Sequence record: NZ_AP019754.1
DNA length: 64,000 bases
Direction: 5' to 3' (one strand)
Origin: a plasmid
Shown here: positions 40,324-51,030 of the stretch, piece by piece
Layout: every line of letters starts with the position of its first letter
Numbering within the stretch: position 1 is the first letter of the stretch
Notes under the pieces: generated by a model
What the model was told of the DNA's origin: nothing
Database searches by the model: none
The model's input: the letters and a program-made list of their open reading frames with translations, nothing else
Position numbers and translations under genes: made by a program

Positions 40324-41202
40324 ATGGCAAAAAGACCCGTTACGTTCGATGCTGAAACATTACGAACCTTTGTCACCGGTATTGAGTTGGGAAGTTTTGC
40401 TGCTGCTGCAGAGCGCCTGGGGCGTTCAACATCGGCGGTAAGCGCTCAGCTTAAAAAGCTTGAGCAGCAGGCAGGCGCCGCGCTGGTGCAAAAGTCAGGA
40501 CGACATCTGGTCCTTACTGCCCAGGGGGAAATGATGCTTGCCTATGCGCGCAGGCTGATGAGTCTCAACGACGAAGCTTACCAGGCAGTGAAATCGGTGG
40601 GCATCCGTGGCGAGGTTCGGCTGGGATTGCAGGAAGATTTTGGAGAATCACTTCTCCCCTCTCTTCTTGGGCAATTTTCACGTGCGCACCCCGACGTTCA
40701 GGTCTCCGCGACCGTGACCCGCAACAAGCCTCTGCTGGAAGCAATACGTCACAATGAACTTGATGTTGCCCTGAGCTGGCAGGGTGACGAGAGCACCGCT
40801 TACAGCGAGTCGCTCGGGTCATTACCACTCTGCTGGATTGGCGCAAAAGATTTCGATATCGGCGCATTTATCGATCGGAACCGACCTCTGCCGTTACTGG
40901 TTTTTGAAGCACCCTGTCTGATGCGTAGCGCGGCGACAGCGGCCCTGGACAGCATGAATATCCCCTGGCGCATTGCGTTTACCAGCAGAAGCCTGAGTGG
41001 GATATGGGCGGCCGCGGCGGCCGGGCTCGGAATGACGTTGCGAACACAAACGGGCATGCCGTCATCACTCGCGATATTTGACCAGCAAAAATTGCCAGAT
41101 ACTGGCGCGATTGGCGTTCGTCTGCATCAGTCTGAAAAAAACGTATCAGCCGCAGCAGCCTCGCTTTGCCAGATGATAAAAACGCACTTTCATGGCACAT
41201 AA
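40324..41202 (+). CDS. LysR family transcriptional regulator (divergent from the CMD/tautomerase operon)
   Basis: HTH (LRTFVTGIELGSFAAAAERLGRSTSAVSAQLKKLE) plus a LysR substrate-binding domain. 292 aa. Confidence 0.85.
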   Translation: MAKRPVTFDAETLRTFVTGIELGSFAAAAERLGRSTSAVSAQLKKLEQQAGAALVQKSGRHLVLTAQGEMMLAYARRLMSLNDEAYQAVKSVGIRGEVRLGLQEDFGESLLPSLLGQFSRAHPDVQVSATVTRNKPLLEAIRHNELDVALSWQGDESTAYSESLGSLPLCWIGAKDFDIGAFIDRNRPLPLLVFEAPCLMRSAATAALDSMNIPWRIAFTSRSLSGIWAAAAAGLGMTLRTQTGMPSSLAIFDQQKLPDTGAIGVRLHQSEKNVSAAAASLCQMIKTHFHGT

Positions 41203-41482
41203 GCCAACTACCGCGCCTGAAGAAATCCAGCCAACAGACAGCATCAATCAATGACCGGACAGGCAGGTATTTCTGGCGGTTGAGGCTGAGCACAGGGCTG
41301 TCAGATTGTGGTCGTTTAAACAACGCCCTGCTTTTTGTCCGGCCCGGCTTTGGCACCTTTCCTGCTTGCTGCGCTAATCCTGACGCGGGCACCTGAGTAA
41401 GGCCAATTACAGTATGCTGTAACTAAAATCGTTACAGAAGATACTGTGCCTACACTGTTGTGACATTCATCGCCAATGCTGT

Positions 41483-42391
41483 TTACCCCCGGCTTATCTC
41501 TCCACCATAGCCTTTTACGCTGAGCGTATCACCGTCTGCTTCCACCCACGCGAAGGGCACGTCTAGAGGGCCGTCGAGCATGCCCTTCATGATAAAAAAG
41601 TCGGTGTCCAAAATACGGGCATAGCCTCCGCGATGATCGTGTCCGGCAAAACAGGCGCGCACCCGGTAGCGGGTGAATAAATTCACCAGCGCGTCGGCGT
41701 TCATTAACATATGCGTATTCCCGGGAGCCAGCGGATAATGCCCGAATACCACGATGCTTTCTCGGCACTGCTGTGCCGCCTGTAACTGCTGCTCTATCCA
41801 CACCAACTGTTGCGCGCCCACGGCACCGTTCCAGGGCTGCGCGTGGGGTTGATGCTCATGTTGCAGCCGGGCCAGCAACGCTGCCGCCTGTTGGCGATCG
41901 GTGCCGTTGAGCGCATTGCAGTAAAGACTCATATCATTGCCATCGTAGACAATGAAGCGCCAGCCGTTAAAACGGAAAGCGTAATAGCTCTTGGGTAGGG
42001 GAACCTTACCTTCAAGTCGTGTGGCAATCGTCTGCGCATCATGATTACCCAGCACCACGGCATGGGGATGCTTTAATTCTTGATATACCGGCAATACCGC
42101 AGCATAGCTGTACCAGTCGCGATCGACGAGATCGCCCAGGGTCACCACAAAATCGAGCGGCAGAGCGTTGAGCGCCGTGATGGCCTGGTGCAGTTTTTGT
42201 AGTCCGTTGCGATAGTAAAGATGGTTGTCAACATCCGGTTCGATATCTGCATATTGCGGGTCGGCGATCAAACCAAAACGAACAACGTTGTTCCGCGCAG
42301 CTAAGGGACGCAGCAACGGCGGTTGATACAGCGGTACGACCTCCGCCAGCAGTTCGCGCTGCTGCAGGCTAAGCGAGTGAGGCGTTAACAT
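41483..42391 (-). CDS. Calcineurin-like metallophosphoesterase (MPP superfamily), last gene of a Ugp-like operon
   Basis: MPP motifs GDLVDRD, GNHDAQ and GHDHRGG. 302 aa. Confidence 0.8.
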   Translation of the reverse strand: MLTPHSLSLQQRELLAEVVPLYQPPLLRPLAARNNVVRFGLIADPQYADIEPDVDNHLYYRNGLQKLHQAITALNALPLDFVVTLGDLVDRDWYSYAAVLPVYQELKHPHAVVLGNHDAQTIATRLEGKVPLPKSYYAFRFNGWRFIVYDGNDMSLYCNALNGTDRQQAAALLARLQHEHQPHAQPWNGAVGAQQLVWIEQQLQAAQQCRESIVVFGHYPLAPGNTHMLMNADALVNLFTRYRVRACFAGHDHRGGYARILDTDFFIMKGMLDGPLDVPFAWVEADGDTLSVKGYGGEISRG

Positions 42392-42402
42392 TGGCGTTCA
42401 CC

Positions 42403-43221
42403 TTAACGTATACCGGCACGCATGAAAGACTGAATAAACTGACGCTGAAATATCAGAAAGAGCAGCAAAAGCGGCAGCGTTGTCATCAATGTTGCTGCAC
42501 CAATAAGCGCCCACTGCACGCCCTGCTCTGGCGCGGAAAATAGCTGCAGCCCGACGGTTAAGGGCCGTACCTTAACCGAGTCGGTAATCACCAGCGGCCA
42601 GAGAAAATCATTCCAGTGAAAGCTGACAGAGACTAACGCAAAGGCGATATAAATCGGTCTGGCCAGCGGGATGTAGATCTTACGTAAGATATAAAACCGG
42701 CTGGCGCCTTCCACGATCGCCGCCTCTTCCAGCACTAAGGGGATGCTTTTAAACGTCTGGCGCAGCAGGAAGATGGCAAAGGCAGACGCAAAATACGGTA
42801 AGGCAATGCCGGTCAATGTATCGCGCAGGCCCAGTGCGCCAATGGTTTTATAGTTATTCAGGATCAGCACATCGGGGCTGATCATGAGCTGCAACAGGAT
42901 AAGGGCAAACAACATGCCCGAATACTTCAGGCGAAAACGGACCAGTGCGTAAGCCGCCATCGTGGCCAACACCAGTTGGACTGTAACGATCATCATCACC
43001 AGCAAAATCGTATTCATGAAGTAACGGGCAAAGGGGGCAGCATGCCAGGCGTTAATAAAATTTTGCAGCGTCAGCGGCGCAAAAAGCCGGAAGCTGCCCT
43101 GCTCTGCCGCGGGATGCACCGCAACCCACAGCGCCACCAGGATAGGGAGCAGCCATAGCAGCGCCGCTAACCAGATAATGAGATTCAGGCCGAGGTGGCC
43201 AACAGAAAAGGAAGGCTTCAT
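42403..43221 (-). CDS. Carbohydrate/glycerol-phosphate-type ABC transporter permease (UgpE/MalG-like, CUT1)
   Basis: 272 aa with 6 TM segments and an EAA loop (LEEAAIVEGASRF). Confidence 0.85.
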   Translation of the reverse strand: MKPSFSVGHLGLNLIIWLAALLWLLPILVALWVAVHPAAEQGSFRLFAPLTLQNFINAWHAAPFARYFMNTILLVMMIVTVQLVLATMAAYALVRFRLKYSGMLFALILLQLMISPDVLILNNYKTIGALGLRDTLTGIALPYFASAFAIFLLRQTFKSIPLVLEEAAIVEGASRFYILRKIYIPLARPIYIAFALVSVSFHWNDFLWPLVITDSVKVRPLTVGLQLFSAPEQGVQWALIGAATLMTTLPLLLLFLIFQRQFIQSFMRAGIR

Positions 43222-44135
43222 TGATAATGGGCTCGTTTATCCATCAACTTAAATTTAACTAGCGCAATCGCCGCCAAAATCAGCAGCAACACCACGGTCA
43301 TGGCCGCGGCTGCCGGTAAATCCCAGTAACTGAATGCTGTGCGATAGATGTAAAACAGCAACAGGCTACTGCTGTTGTCCGGGCCGCCGTTCGTCATCGC
43401 AATAACCTGATCGACGATGCGAAACGCATTCATGGATGCATTGATCAAGACAAATAACGTGGTCGGCATCAGCAATGGCCACTGGACGCGCCGGAAGAAA
43501 TAGCCCTTTGATGCCCCTTCGATTTCCGCCGCTTCACGCAGGCGCGGATCAATCTGCTGCAGGGCAGCAAGATAGAAAATCATAAAGAAACCGGCCTCAC
43601 GCCAGACGGAGACCGCCATCAGGCACCACAGAGAGGTGCCCGGCTCGCCAAGCCAGTTAACCGGAGCAATGGAAAACAGCGACAGAAGTTTGTTCAGTAA
43701 GCCCAACTGTGGCGTGTAAAAAAACAGCCACAGGTTAGCAATGGCAATCATTGGCAGAAGAGAGGGAATAAAAAAAGCCGCACGTATCACGGCGTTAGCC
43801 GCCAGTCGTCGGTTAACGGCCAATGCCATGAGCAGAGCCAGCATCACCGCCAAAGGGATAGTGACCAGGGCATAGAGCAGATTGTTCCACAACGACCGGA
43901 TAAACACATCGTCATCCAGCAGCGCAGCGTAGTTATCCAGCCCAACAAACTGGGCCGGATGACCGTTACGTGAGGCGCTGAACAGACTTTCCCACACCGT
44001 CGCCAGAGCAGGATAATGGGTAAACAGCAATAAAAAACCCAGTGCCGGTAAGATCAGCAAATAGCCGCACAGCTGTAATGATCCGACGCCTGAGCGTAAA
44101 GCAGGGGATGCTGTTGCAAGTGTGTTCATCGCCAT
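43218..44135 (-). CDS. Carbohydrate/glycerol-phosphate-type ABC transporter permease (UgpA/MalF-like, CUT1)
   Basis: 305 aa with an EAA loop (REAAEIEGASKGYFFRRV). It overlaps the next permease by 4 nt. Confidence 0.85.
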   Translation of the reverse strand: MAMNTLATASPALRSGVGSLQLCGYLLILPALGFLLLFTHYPALATVWESLFSASRNGHPAQFVGLDNYAALLDDDVFIRSLWNNLLYALVTIPLAVMLALLMALAVNRRLAANAVIRAAFFIPSLLPMIAIANLWLFFYTPQLGLLNKLLSLFSIAPVNWLGEPGTSLWCLMAVSVWREAGFFMIFYLAALQQIDPRLREAAEIEGASKGYFFRRVQWPLLMPTTLFVLINASMNAFRIVDQVIAMTNGGPDNSSSLLLFYIYRTAFSYWDLPAAAAMTVVLLLILAAIALVKFKLMDKRAHYQ

Positions 44136-44139
44136 CGTA

Positions 44140-45417
44140 TTACTGGTAAGCCTTCAGCAAACGATCGGCCTGCTTCTGGGCGGCTTCCAGTGCTTCTGCC
44201 GGTGTTTTCGTCTGGGTTATCGCGGCTTCAATGGCGTGGTTCAGCGCCTCCTGAATTTGCACGCTGTTATAGGTCGAGAGTTCTGGCTGGGCATAGTTAA
44301 GTTGCTCACGTGCCACCAGCGCCTGCGGAACCTGTTTCACATAGTCTTTCATGGCTGGCGTTTCCCAGGCGGCGGGTGAAGTCGCGACATAACCGGTAGC
44401 AATACTCCAGCGAGCAGCCTGTTCAGGGGCGGTGACCCAACGGATAAACGCCATGGCGGCTTTCTGCTGTGCCGGGGATGCATTTTTGAAGACATACAGA
44501 TTACCGCCACCGGTCGGGCTTCCACGCTGTGTCTTTTCAGGAAGCATCGCGACACCAAACGGGAACGTCGCATTTTTACGCACCACGCTCAGATTACCCG
44601 TGGTGGTCACCATCATCGCGGTTTTGCCACTCAAAAAATCTTGTGGCGTGGTGCCCCATGCCACGGCGCCTTTAGGTGAAACGCCCTCTTTCTGACCGAG
44701 ATCGGTTAGCCACTGTAGCGTTTCAATGTTCCCGGGCGTATTAAAATACACGGCCGTGCCCTTGCCATTATCAAGATGCGCGCCATTGGTCGCAGCAAAC
44801 CCCTGAAACACCCAATAGCCATTTGGCGTAGTCGGGATTTCAATGCCCCACTGGCTGACGTTTTGCCCGTCTTTCACGACCAGCTTTTTGCCAAAGTCCA
44901 CCACCTGCTGCCAGTTCGCAGGCGGCGTATCAGCATCCAGACCCGCTTTTTCAAACGCCTGCTTATTCCAGTACAGCACCACGGTCGAGCGCTGAAAAGG
45001 AACGCCCCAGACTTTTCCATTGATATGGCGTAAGAAAGCAGGATAGAAACTGTCGATCCATTTCTTACCCTCATCGTCTTTGGCCAGATCGCTGGCCGCG
45101 ACAATCGCCCCCGCATCCATCAGTGAATAAGCTTCGATATCGCCAATAACGGCCATTTGTGGCGCATTACCGCCACGAAAAGCGGTCAATGCTTTGGTCA
45201 CCGTCGTCGCGTAGTCACCGGTATAGACCGGCTGAATACTGACTTCGGGATGAATTTTTTCGAAATCGGCAACCAGTGCTTCAACGGTGTGGCTGATCTC
45301 GCCTCCCACTGCGATGGGATAATACATTTGCAGTTTTACCGGATCGGCAGCAAAAACTGACGCGCTGGTTGCGATAAGCAATGCAGGAAGCAGATGTGAC
45401 AGACGAATAGCAGACAT
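44140..45417 (-). CDS. ABC transporter substrate-binding protein, UgpB-like (extracellular solute-binding family 1)
   Basis: It has a signal peptide. The block VVLYWNKQAFEKAGLDADTPPANWQQV closely parallels E. coli UgpB [26 protein letters not shown]. 425 aa. Confidence 0.8.
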   Translation of the reverse strand: MSAIRLSHLLPALLIATSASVFAADPVKLQMYYPIAVGGEISHTVEALVADFEKIHPEVSIQPVYTGDYATTVTKALTAFRGGNAPQMAVIGDIEAYSLMDAGAIVAASDLAKDDEGKKWIDSFYPAFLRHINGKVWGVPFQRSTVVLYWNKQAFEKAGLDADTPPANWQQVVDFGKKLVVKDGQNVSQWGIEIPTTPNGYWVFQGFAATNGAHLDNGKGTAVYFNTPGNIETLQWLTDLGQKEGVSPKGAVAWGTTPQDFLSGKTAMMVTTTGNLSVVRKNATFPFGVAMLPEKTQRGSPTGGGNLYVFKNASPAQQKAAMAFIRWVTAPEQAARWSIATGYVATSPAAWETPAMKDYVKQVPQALVAREQLNYAQPELSTYNSVQIQEALNHAIEAAITQTKTPAEALEAAQKQADRLLKAYQ

Positions 45418-45442
45418 GATTTTCCCTTAGGTAAAAAGATCG

Positions 45443-46546
45443 TTAAACCGCGTATTTTTTGGACGAAACAGACATCAGCTGTTCTGCATGCAAACAGCGT
45501 TTACCGCTATCGGTGGAAAACAGGTATTGCTTATCAGCAGGCCATTGCAGCCCCACAAGGCTTCCCTCACTGAACCGTTTCATTCCTGCTACCGTCACCG
45601 TTAATGTTTCGTGGCTGTGAGCAAGCTGACACATTAATAAGGTATCAGCCCCCATATATTCGTAACTCACCACGCTGGCCGTCAGCACCGCGCCATCAGC
45701 GTTAATAAGCTGAATATCTTCAGCCCGAATGCCCAGACTGAGTGCGCCGGCGGTGAAACCTTCGACGACAGGCTCCCTGAGCGGACTCAGATAGTGGTTC
45801 GCGTTGTGGCAGGCGAGCGGCAGGATGTTCATGGGCGGTGCGCCAATAAACTGTGCCGCGAACACGCTGGCAGGGTTGTTGTAAAGATTATCAGGTGTGT
45901 CGTGCTGCTCAATTCGTCCCGCGTTCAGCAAAATAATGCTGTCCGCCATGCTCATGGCTTCCGTCTGATCGTGAGTGACATAGATCATTGTCAGACCCAA
46001 CTTCTTCTGTAAGGCACGGATCTCACGGCGCATGCTTTGGCGTAGCTTGGCATCAAGGTTAGAAAGGGGTTCATCCATCAGGCAGAGCGTATTGTTGGCG
46101 ATAACGGCTCGCCCCAGTGCCACCCGCTGTTGTTGACCACCGGACAACTGGGACGGCAAGCGATCCAGCAACGCCTCCAGTTCCATCAACTTACTGACCC
46201 GACTCAGACGATCGGCAAACGTGAGCTTATCTTCACCGCGGGCTTTTAAGCCAAATAACAAATTTTCTTTAACGCTCAGGTGAGGAAAAAGCGCATAAGA
46301 CTGAAACACCATGGAGAGCTTGCGTTGGGAGGGGGGCAAATGGGTGATATCCACATGATTGAAACTCACCGAACCCGTGTCAGCCGTCTCCAGGCCGGCA
46401 ATAGTGCGCAGCAGCGTCGATTTACCACAGCCTGAAGGCCCCAACAGAGCAACGAACGTCCCTTCGGCGGCGTCAAAATGGATATTATCCAGTGCGATTT
46501 TCTCGCCCCAGCTCTTGGTGATGTGATGAAGCGCCAGATGGCTCAT
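45443..46546 (-). CDS. ABC transporter ATP-binding protein, UgpC/MalK-like (with C-terminal TOBE/MalK regulatory domain)
   Basis: Walker A GPSGCGKST, signature [14 protein letters not shown], Walker B LCLMDEPLSNLD. The start is uncertain: Met at 46546, 46564 or another. Confidence 0.85.
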   Translation of the reverse strand: MSHLALHHITKSWGEKIALDNIHFDAAEGTFVALLGPSGCGKSTLLRTIAGLETADTGSVSFNHVDITHLPPSQRKLSMVFQSYALFPHLSVKENLLFGLKARGEDKLTFADRLSRVSKLMELEALLDRLPSQLSGGQQQRVALGRAVIANNTLCLMDEPLSNLDAKLRQSMRREIRALQKKLGLTMIYVTHDQTEAMSMADSIILLNAGRIEQHDTPDNLYNNPASVFAAQFIGAPPMNILPLACHNANHYLSPLREPVVEGFTAGALSLGIRAEDIQLINADGAVLTASVVSYEYMGADTLLMCQLAHSHETLTVTVAGMKRFSEGSLVGLQWPADKQYLFSTDSGKRCLHAEQLMSVSSKKYAV

Positions 46547-47047
46547 ACATGCGCCGCTTTGCAAATAAGAATTGCAGTAAGCTAGCCGAGAAAAATGAAC
46601 GATTTATGGCTGAAAAATGACAGAAAAAAGATGCACCCATTGATTAATCATGCGGGCTTATCCTTCCCTGCCTTACCAGGCCGCCGTCGCGACCGAGCTT
46701 TTCCTCTTGTTCCTGACAGTGAATGAACGCAGAAAGCGGCATCCTGACAACCTGTCGTGCCCATAAGTGACGTTGAACGTCTTGATTGACCAGCCGAGAC
46801 TGCATGCGATTCTGCTGCACGACAGGGCTGGGGCTAACGTAATACGTTCGGCAGCACCCCGGATGCTATAAGAAATGACCAGACGCATGCAAAGCGCCAG
46901 AGACTCACACAACGTCTCGGAATCCTCGCTGCAGCCACAGAGAAAGAGCTACAACGACTGTTCATTGCCGGAAACAGACGCAGGTTGAATATTTCCGCTT
47001 AGTAGGTAGACTGGTATACATACATACCACTAACAAAGGTTATCGTC

Positions 47048-47635
47048 ATGCCAACTCAATCTGCCAGCGCAGAAACTGCTTATGATAAGTTGCTCAGTGC
47101 GGCGCGCGTGCTGTTTTACAACCACGGCATTAACGGGACAGGTATCGATGCCATCGTAAAGCGGGCCGGGGTCGCCAAAAAAAGCTTATATAACAACTTT
47201 GCCTCTAAAGATGAGCTGGTCGCGATTTATCTCAGGGTTCGTCACGAGGAATGGCTTGCTTTGTACAAAAATCGTCTGGACCTTGCCATGACGCCGAAAG
47301 AACGGGTACTGGCCGTATTCGCGGCTTATGAGGACCATGCTGAATTTGCCTATGAAAACGGGTTTCGCGGATGTGGCCTGCTGAACGCAGCGGCAGAGTT
47401 GCCCGCCAGCGCGCCGGGACGACAGGCCGTTCGTGAGCACAAGGAGGAAGTGGAGGCGATTCTGACCGCGCATCTCACAGATTTGATGATGGGAGATGCA
47501 GAAAGCGCGCGCAAAATGGCGCGGCACTTCGCTTTTCTACTGGAAGGCAGCATTTCACGAGCCGGGCTGGAAGGTAACAGCGACTGCGTGAGTCAGGCCA
47601 GTGTGATTGCTGAACAACTGATGGAGGCATACTGA
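47048..47635 (+). CDS. TetR/AcrR family transcriptional regulator
   Basis: N-terminal HTH (LLSAARVLFYNHGINGTGIDAIVKRAGVAKKSLYNNFASKDELV). 195 aa. Confidence 0.85.
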   Translation: MPTQSASAETAYDKLLSAARVLFYNHGINGTGIDAIVKRAGVAKKSLYNNFASKDELVAIYLRVRHEEWLALYKNRLDLAMTPKERVLAVFAAYEDHAEFAYENGFRGCGLLNAAAELPASAPGRQAVREHKEEVEAILTAHLTDLMMGDAESARKMARHFAFLLEGSISRAGLEGNSDCVSQASVIAEQLMEAY

Positions 47636-48567
47636 TGCCTGCATCCGGACACCAAACGGGTGGCGCAACGGCCGTCATTATCGCGGCTGTGCTCTGGGGA
47701 ACGACCGGTACAGCCGCCACCTTTGCCCCGGCTTTAAGCCCGCTCGCCGTGGGCTCGGTGGCAATGGGCATCGGTGGACTGTTCCAGGGACTTATCGCTG
47801 CAACCCCGCTTATTCGACAGCGGCGACTGATTTTTCGGCATTGGCCTTTTCTGCTGACGGGTGCCCTCGCAGTGGCGGTTTATCCGCTCGCTTTTTATGC
47901 GTCTATGCGTTATGCCGGGGTCACTGTCGGCACTGTCATTTCCATCGGCTCTGCCCCGCTACTGTCAGCCCTCATTGAGTACCGTCTTGAAGGCGTACGC
48001 CTCACAAAGCAGTGGGCAGGCGGTGCCGCTACAGGGCTTGCCGGCATGATCCTGCTTTGCCTTGCGGAAAGCGGTGGGCACAGTACTGGACAAGGTTCTG
48101 CAATGACGGGCATTACGCTGGGGCTGCTGGCTGGTTTTACCTATGCCCTTTATTCGTGGTCTGCGCGGCGGTTAATGCAGGGCGGCATAGCTCCACGCGC
48201 GGCAATGGGGGCGACCTTTGGGGCGGGCGGTATCCTGCTTGTCCCTGTCCTTCTGATGACCGGCGCACCGCTTCTGGAAACCTGGAATAATGCCGCCGTC
48301 GGGATATATATGGCGCTGGTTCCAATGTTTCTGGGATATCTCTGCTATGGCTACGGACTGGCGCGCATCCCGGCCAGCATGGCAACCACGATCACGCTGC
48401 TGGAGCCGGTCGTCGCCGCTCTGCTGGCCGTTCTGCTTGTCGGGGAAAGGCTGCCGCTTTCAGGTTGGGCCGGTGTAGGACTCATTATTGCCTGTCTTGG
48501 TGTGATCACCTTTCCAGCGGGCAAGCGCGCCTCCCCTTCAGCCCAGCGCCGGGCTGATAACCTTTAA
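47635..48567 (+). CDS. DMT superfamily transporter (EamA-like, 10 TM)
   Basis: 310 aa and hydrophobic throughout. It has two EamA-like halves and is start/stop coupled with the TetR gene. Confidence 0.8.
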   Translation: MPASGHQTGGATAVIIAAVLWGTTGTAATFAPALSPLAVGSVAMGIGGLFQGLIAATPLIRQRRLIFRHWPFLLTGALAVAVYPLAFYASMRYAGVTVGTVISIGSAPLLSALIEYRLEGVRLTKQWAGGAATGLAGMILLCLAESGGHSTGQGSAMTGITLGLLAGFTYALYSWSARRLMQGGIAPRAAMGATFGAGGILLVPVLLMTGAPLLETWNNAAVGIYMALVPMFLGYLCYGYGLARIPASMATTITLLEPVVAALLAVLLVGERLPLSGWAGVGLIIACLGVITFPAGKRASPSAQRRADNL

Positions 48568-48942
48568 TCTGGGGACAGGAAAAAAGAAGGAAAAAGCGGC
48601 CTTCGATGCATTCTGGGCTTTCGAGATACGCACGGGCGCTCTCATTAAGCTTGAGGAAAGCAAAATCCGCCTGGAGAATGATAACTGACTCCGTCCCTGA
48701 ACCTGAGCGGAGGTGTCCTGTGGCGCCTGTATCAACGATAACGTCCAGGATTTACAGGGCCCCAGGGTAATCTGCATAGTCAATCCGGGTACGATGAAGA
48801 CAGGACCAGAGAAATCGAATGTTCTGCTGCCTGGCGTCTCCGAGGGTTCAGGCGGGACGATACCTTTCGCTTTTTGCTCATGGCTGACATTACCAACATC
48901 AGCAGCGATGTCTCAGCCCTCTCGGTCTGCCCTTATCAAATA

Positions 48943-48975
48943 TAAAACGCCTGTTGCAGGGCATCAGGCGTTTAA
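48943..48975. terminator. Bidirectional hairpin between the convergent DMT and MCP genes
   Basis: AAACGCCTG-N9-CAGGCGTTT, flanked by an A/T-rich run on both sides. Confidence 0.45.
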
Positions 48976-49024
48976 AAGCTGCCAGATTTCGATCCTTATC
49001 AGAACCTTTTATGGCCTACTTTTA

Positions 49025-50689
49025 TCAGAACTGCTCCCAGTTTTGATCCTGTCCGCCAACCACTGCGGTCTGCGGTTTCTTAAAAACCGGCGACGATACC
49101 GCTGCGGCGCGGTTTTGCTCCCGATTATTACTGGATAACTGACCCGCAAGCGTAATCGTGAAGGCACCCACTAAATGACCCAGCGTGGAGGCCTGATCTA
49201 TCAGAGAACGCGATGCTGCGGAGGCCTGCTCAACCAGTGCGGCGTTTTGCTGTGTCGCACCGTCCATCTGATTTACGGCCTGATGGACCTGGCTGATGCC
49301 TTGCGACTGTTCTCCGGCGGCTACGGATATTTCATCCACCAGATCAGTGACCTGCCGCACCGCATCATTCATGCGTGACATGTTAGAGCCTACCCCTTCC
49401 GCCTGCTCAGAACCGGCCTCGACAAAGCCCATTGATGACTCAATCAACTCCTTGATTTCACGAGCTGAAGAGGATGAGCGCTGTGCAAGATTACGAACCT
49501 CACCCGCCACCACCGCAAATCCCCGCCCCTGCTCACCAGCACGTGCAGCCTCAACGGCGGCATTCAGCGCCAGGATGTTGGTCTGGAAGGCAATCCCTTC
49601 AATGAGTGCAATGATGTCAGTGATTTTGGCTGAGCTTGCCCTGATGTCACTCATAGTGGACAGTAGTGTGCGGACACGACCAGCACTGTCTTCTGAGATA
49701 TCCCGGGCGTTTTTCGCCAACTGACTGGCAAGACGCGTATTTTCAGCGGTCTGACGGACGGTTTCGCTAAGCTCGGACATACTCGCTGCTGTCTGCTCCA
49801 GGGAGGCCGCCTGCTCTTCCGTACGGGAGGACAGGTCTTCATTACCCGCCGAAATCTGTGCAGAAGCAGAGCTTACCGACTGAGCTGAAGCTTCCACCTT
49901 AGACAGTGAATCTGAAACATTCTCAATCAGATGGTTGAAGGCTCTTGCCGTCAGGCCGATTTCATCATGACGTGACTCATCAACCCTGAGAGTCAGGTCG
50001 AGTTTTTCACTGGCCTCTTCCATGGTCTGACGCATGCCGTTCAACTGGCGGCGTATAGACATGATGGTTTTGATCGTGAAAAAACCCAATACAAGGATGA
50101 CGGCGCCAGAGCCGGCAATCAGTCCCCATAGAGTCGTATAGTAGATATGGGTATTGGTTTCATCCAGTTGAGTGCCGATATCAATATTTATCTGCAGTTG
50201 CTTACGGTAACTGCTTGTAAGCGTGCGAATGGCTTCACTCAGATTTTTACTGCTTTCATCTGAGTTCGCCGTCGATGATGACTGGGGAATCCTGTTGATC
50301 TGCAGGAAAGGCAGCAGCCTGTCATGAATGTTTTTAATCATGACGAACGCCTCTTTGGTCAGCCGCAGATCTTCGTCGCTGGATATATCATTCTCAAGAT
50401 AATGCTGATTGAGGGTATTAAGGCGCTCAACCGTTTTGTTCATTTCTGATTCAATTTGCCCCTGCCTGGCAGGATCTTTTGCGCCCTGATAGTCGTATAG
50501 CTTAATGAGAAGTTCATTGTTCTCATCAATCAGTACGTTTAAGTCGATGATCGAAGGTATGGCGTTAATCTGAACGTAGTGAAAGCGATACTGGAAGCCA
50601 GTAACGACCACGATGGAAATAATAACCATAGAAACGAGAGAAGCTGAGAGCAGAGAAAACGTAAGATAAAGTCGCTGTGAAATTGTCAT
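49025..50689 (-). CDS. Methyl-accepting chemotaxis protein (periplasmic 4HB-type sensor, HAMP, MA domain; C-terminal NWEQF pentapeptide)
   Basis: 554 aa with two TM segments and the conserved signalling core ([43 protein letters not shown]). It ends in ...QDQNWEQF. Confidence 0.9.
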   Translation of the reverse strand: MTISQRLYLTFSLLSASLVSMVIISIVVVTGFQYRFHYVQINAIPSIIDLNVLIDENNELLIKLYDYQGAKDPARQGQIESEMNKTVERLNTLNQHYLENDISSDEDLRLTKEAFVMIKNIHDRLLPFLQINRIPQSSSTANSDESSKNLSEAIRTLTSSYRKQLQINIDIGTQLDETNTHIYYTTLWGLIAGSGAVILVLGFFTIKTIMSIRRQLNGMRQTMEEASEKLDLTLRVDESRHDEIGLTARAFNHLIENVSDSLSKVEASAQSVSSASAQISAGNEDLSSRTEEQAASLEQTAASMSELSETVRQTAENTRLASQLAKNARDISEDSAGRVRTLLSTMSDIRASSAKITDIIALIEGIAFQTNILALNAAVEAARAGEQGRGFAVVAGEVRNLAQRSSSSAREIKELIESSMGFVEAGSEQAEGVGSNMSRMNDAVRQVTDLVDEISVAAGEQSQGISQVHQAVNQMDGATQQNAALVEQASAASRSLIDQASTLGHLVGAFTITLAGQLSSNNREQNRAAAVSSPVFKKPQTAVVGGQDQNWEQF

Positions 50690-50723
50690 AACTCACCCTG
50701 TGTGTGTTTAAAAAATAAAAAAC

Positions 50724-50750
50724 CAACGCTCAGTAAATCGTCGAAATCAA
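50724..50750 (-). promoter_or_regulatory. Possible sigma-28-like promoter for the third MCP gene
   Basis: The minus strand reads TCAAGTTT-N11-GACGATTT, a partial match to TAAAGTTT-N11-GCCGATAA. It lies about 35 nt upstream of the MCP start. Confidence 0.3.
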
Positions 50751-51030
50751 CGAAAACTTGATTTTTTTAGAGAGAGGCTGGTGAGTTATGGAGATGAGTA
50801 GAGTGAGAATGTGCAGGGCCTGAACATAAACGTGAATATAGCGTAAAACCTACGGCTAACAAAGCCGCGAAAGGCTGCTAAAGTTTCGCTTTCTGCTGAA
50901 TGTGGACATTGCGCAATAAGCTGGCTGTTTTTTGCCTGAATGGGCACGGCTCACCCTTTTCACTCTGTTAGGCTAATGCAGCTTTTCATCGCTTATGATA
51001 AAAAAGATAACCCGCACTAAGGAGATTTTT

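Noticed and set aside
46673-46912. A 79-aa minus-strand ORF in the 480-bp leader between the ugpC-like gene and the TetR gene.
   Set aside because: It has no RBS and an odd composition. The region is more likely promoter or leader for the divergent operons. A Pho box was looked for by eye but not confidently found.
47020-47040. A near-palindrome GGTATACATACATACC just upstream of the TetR (47048) start, considered as a TetR operator.
   Set aside because: The two halves are not true reverse complements (GGTATA vs CATACC), so it is too imperfect to call.
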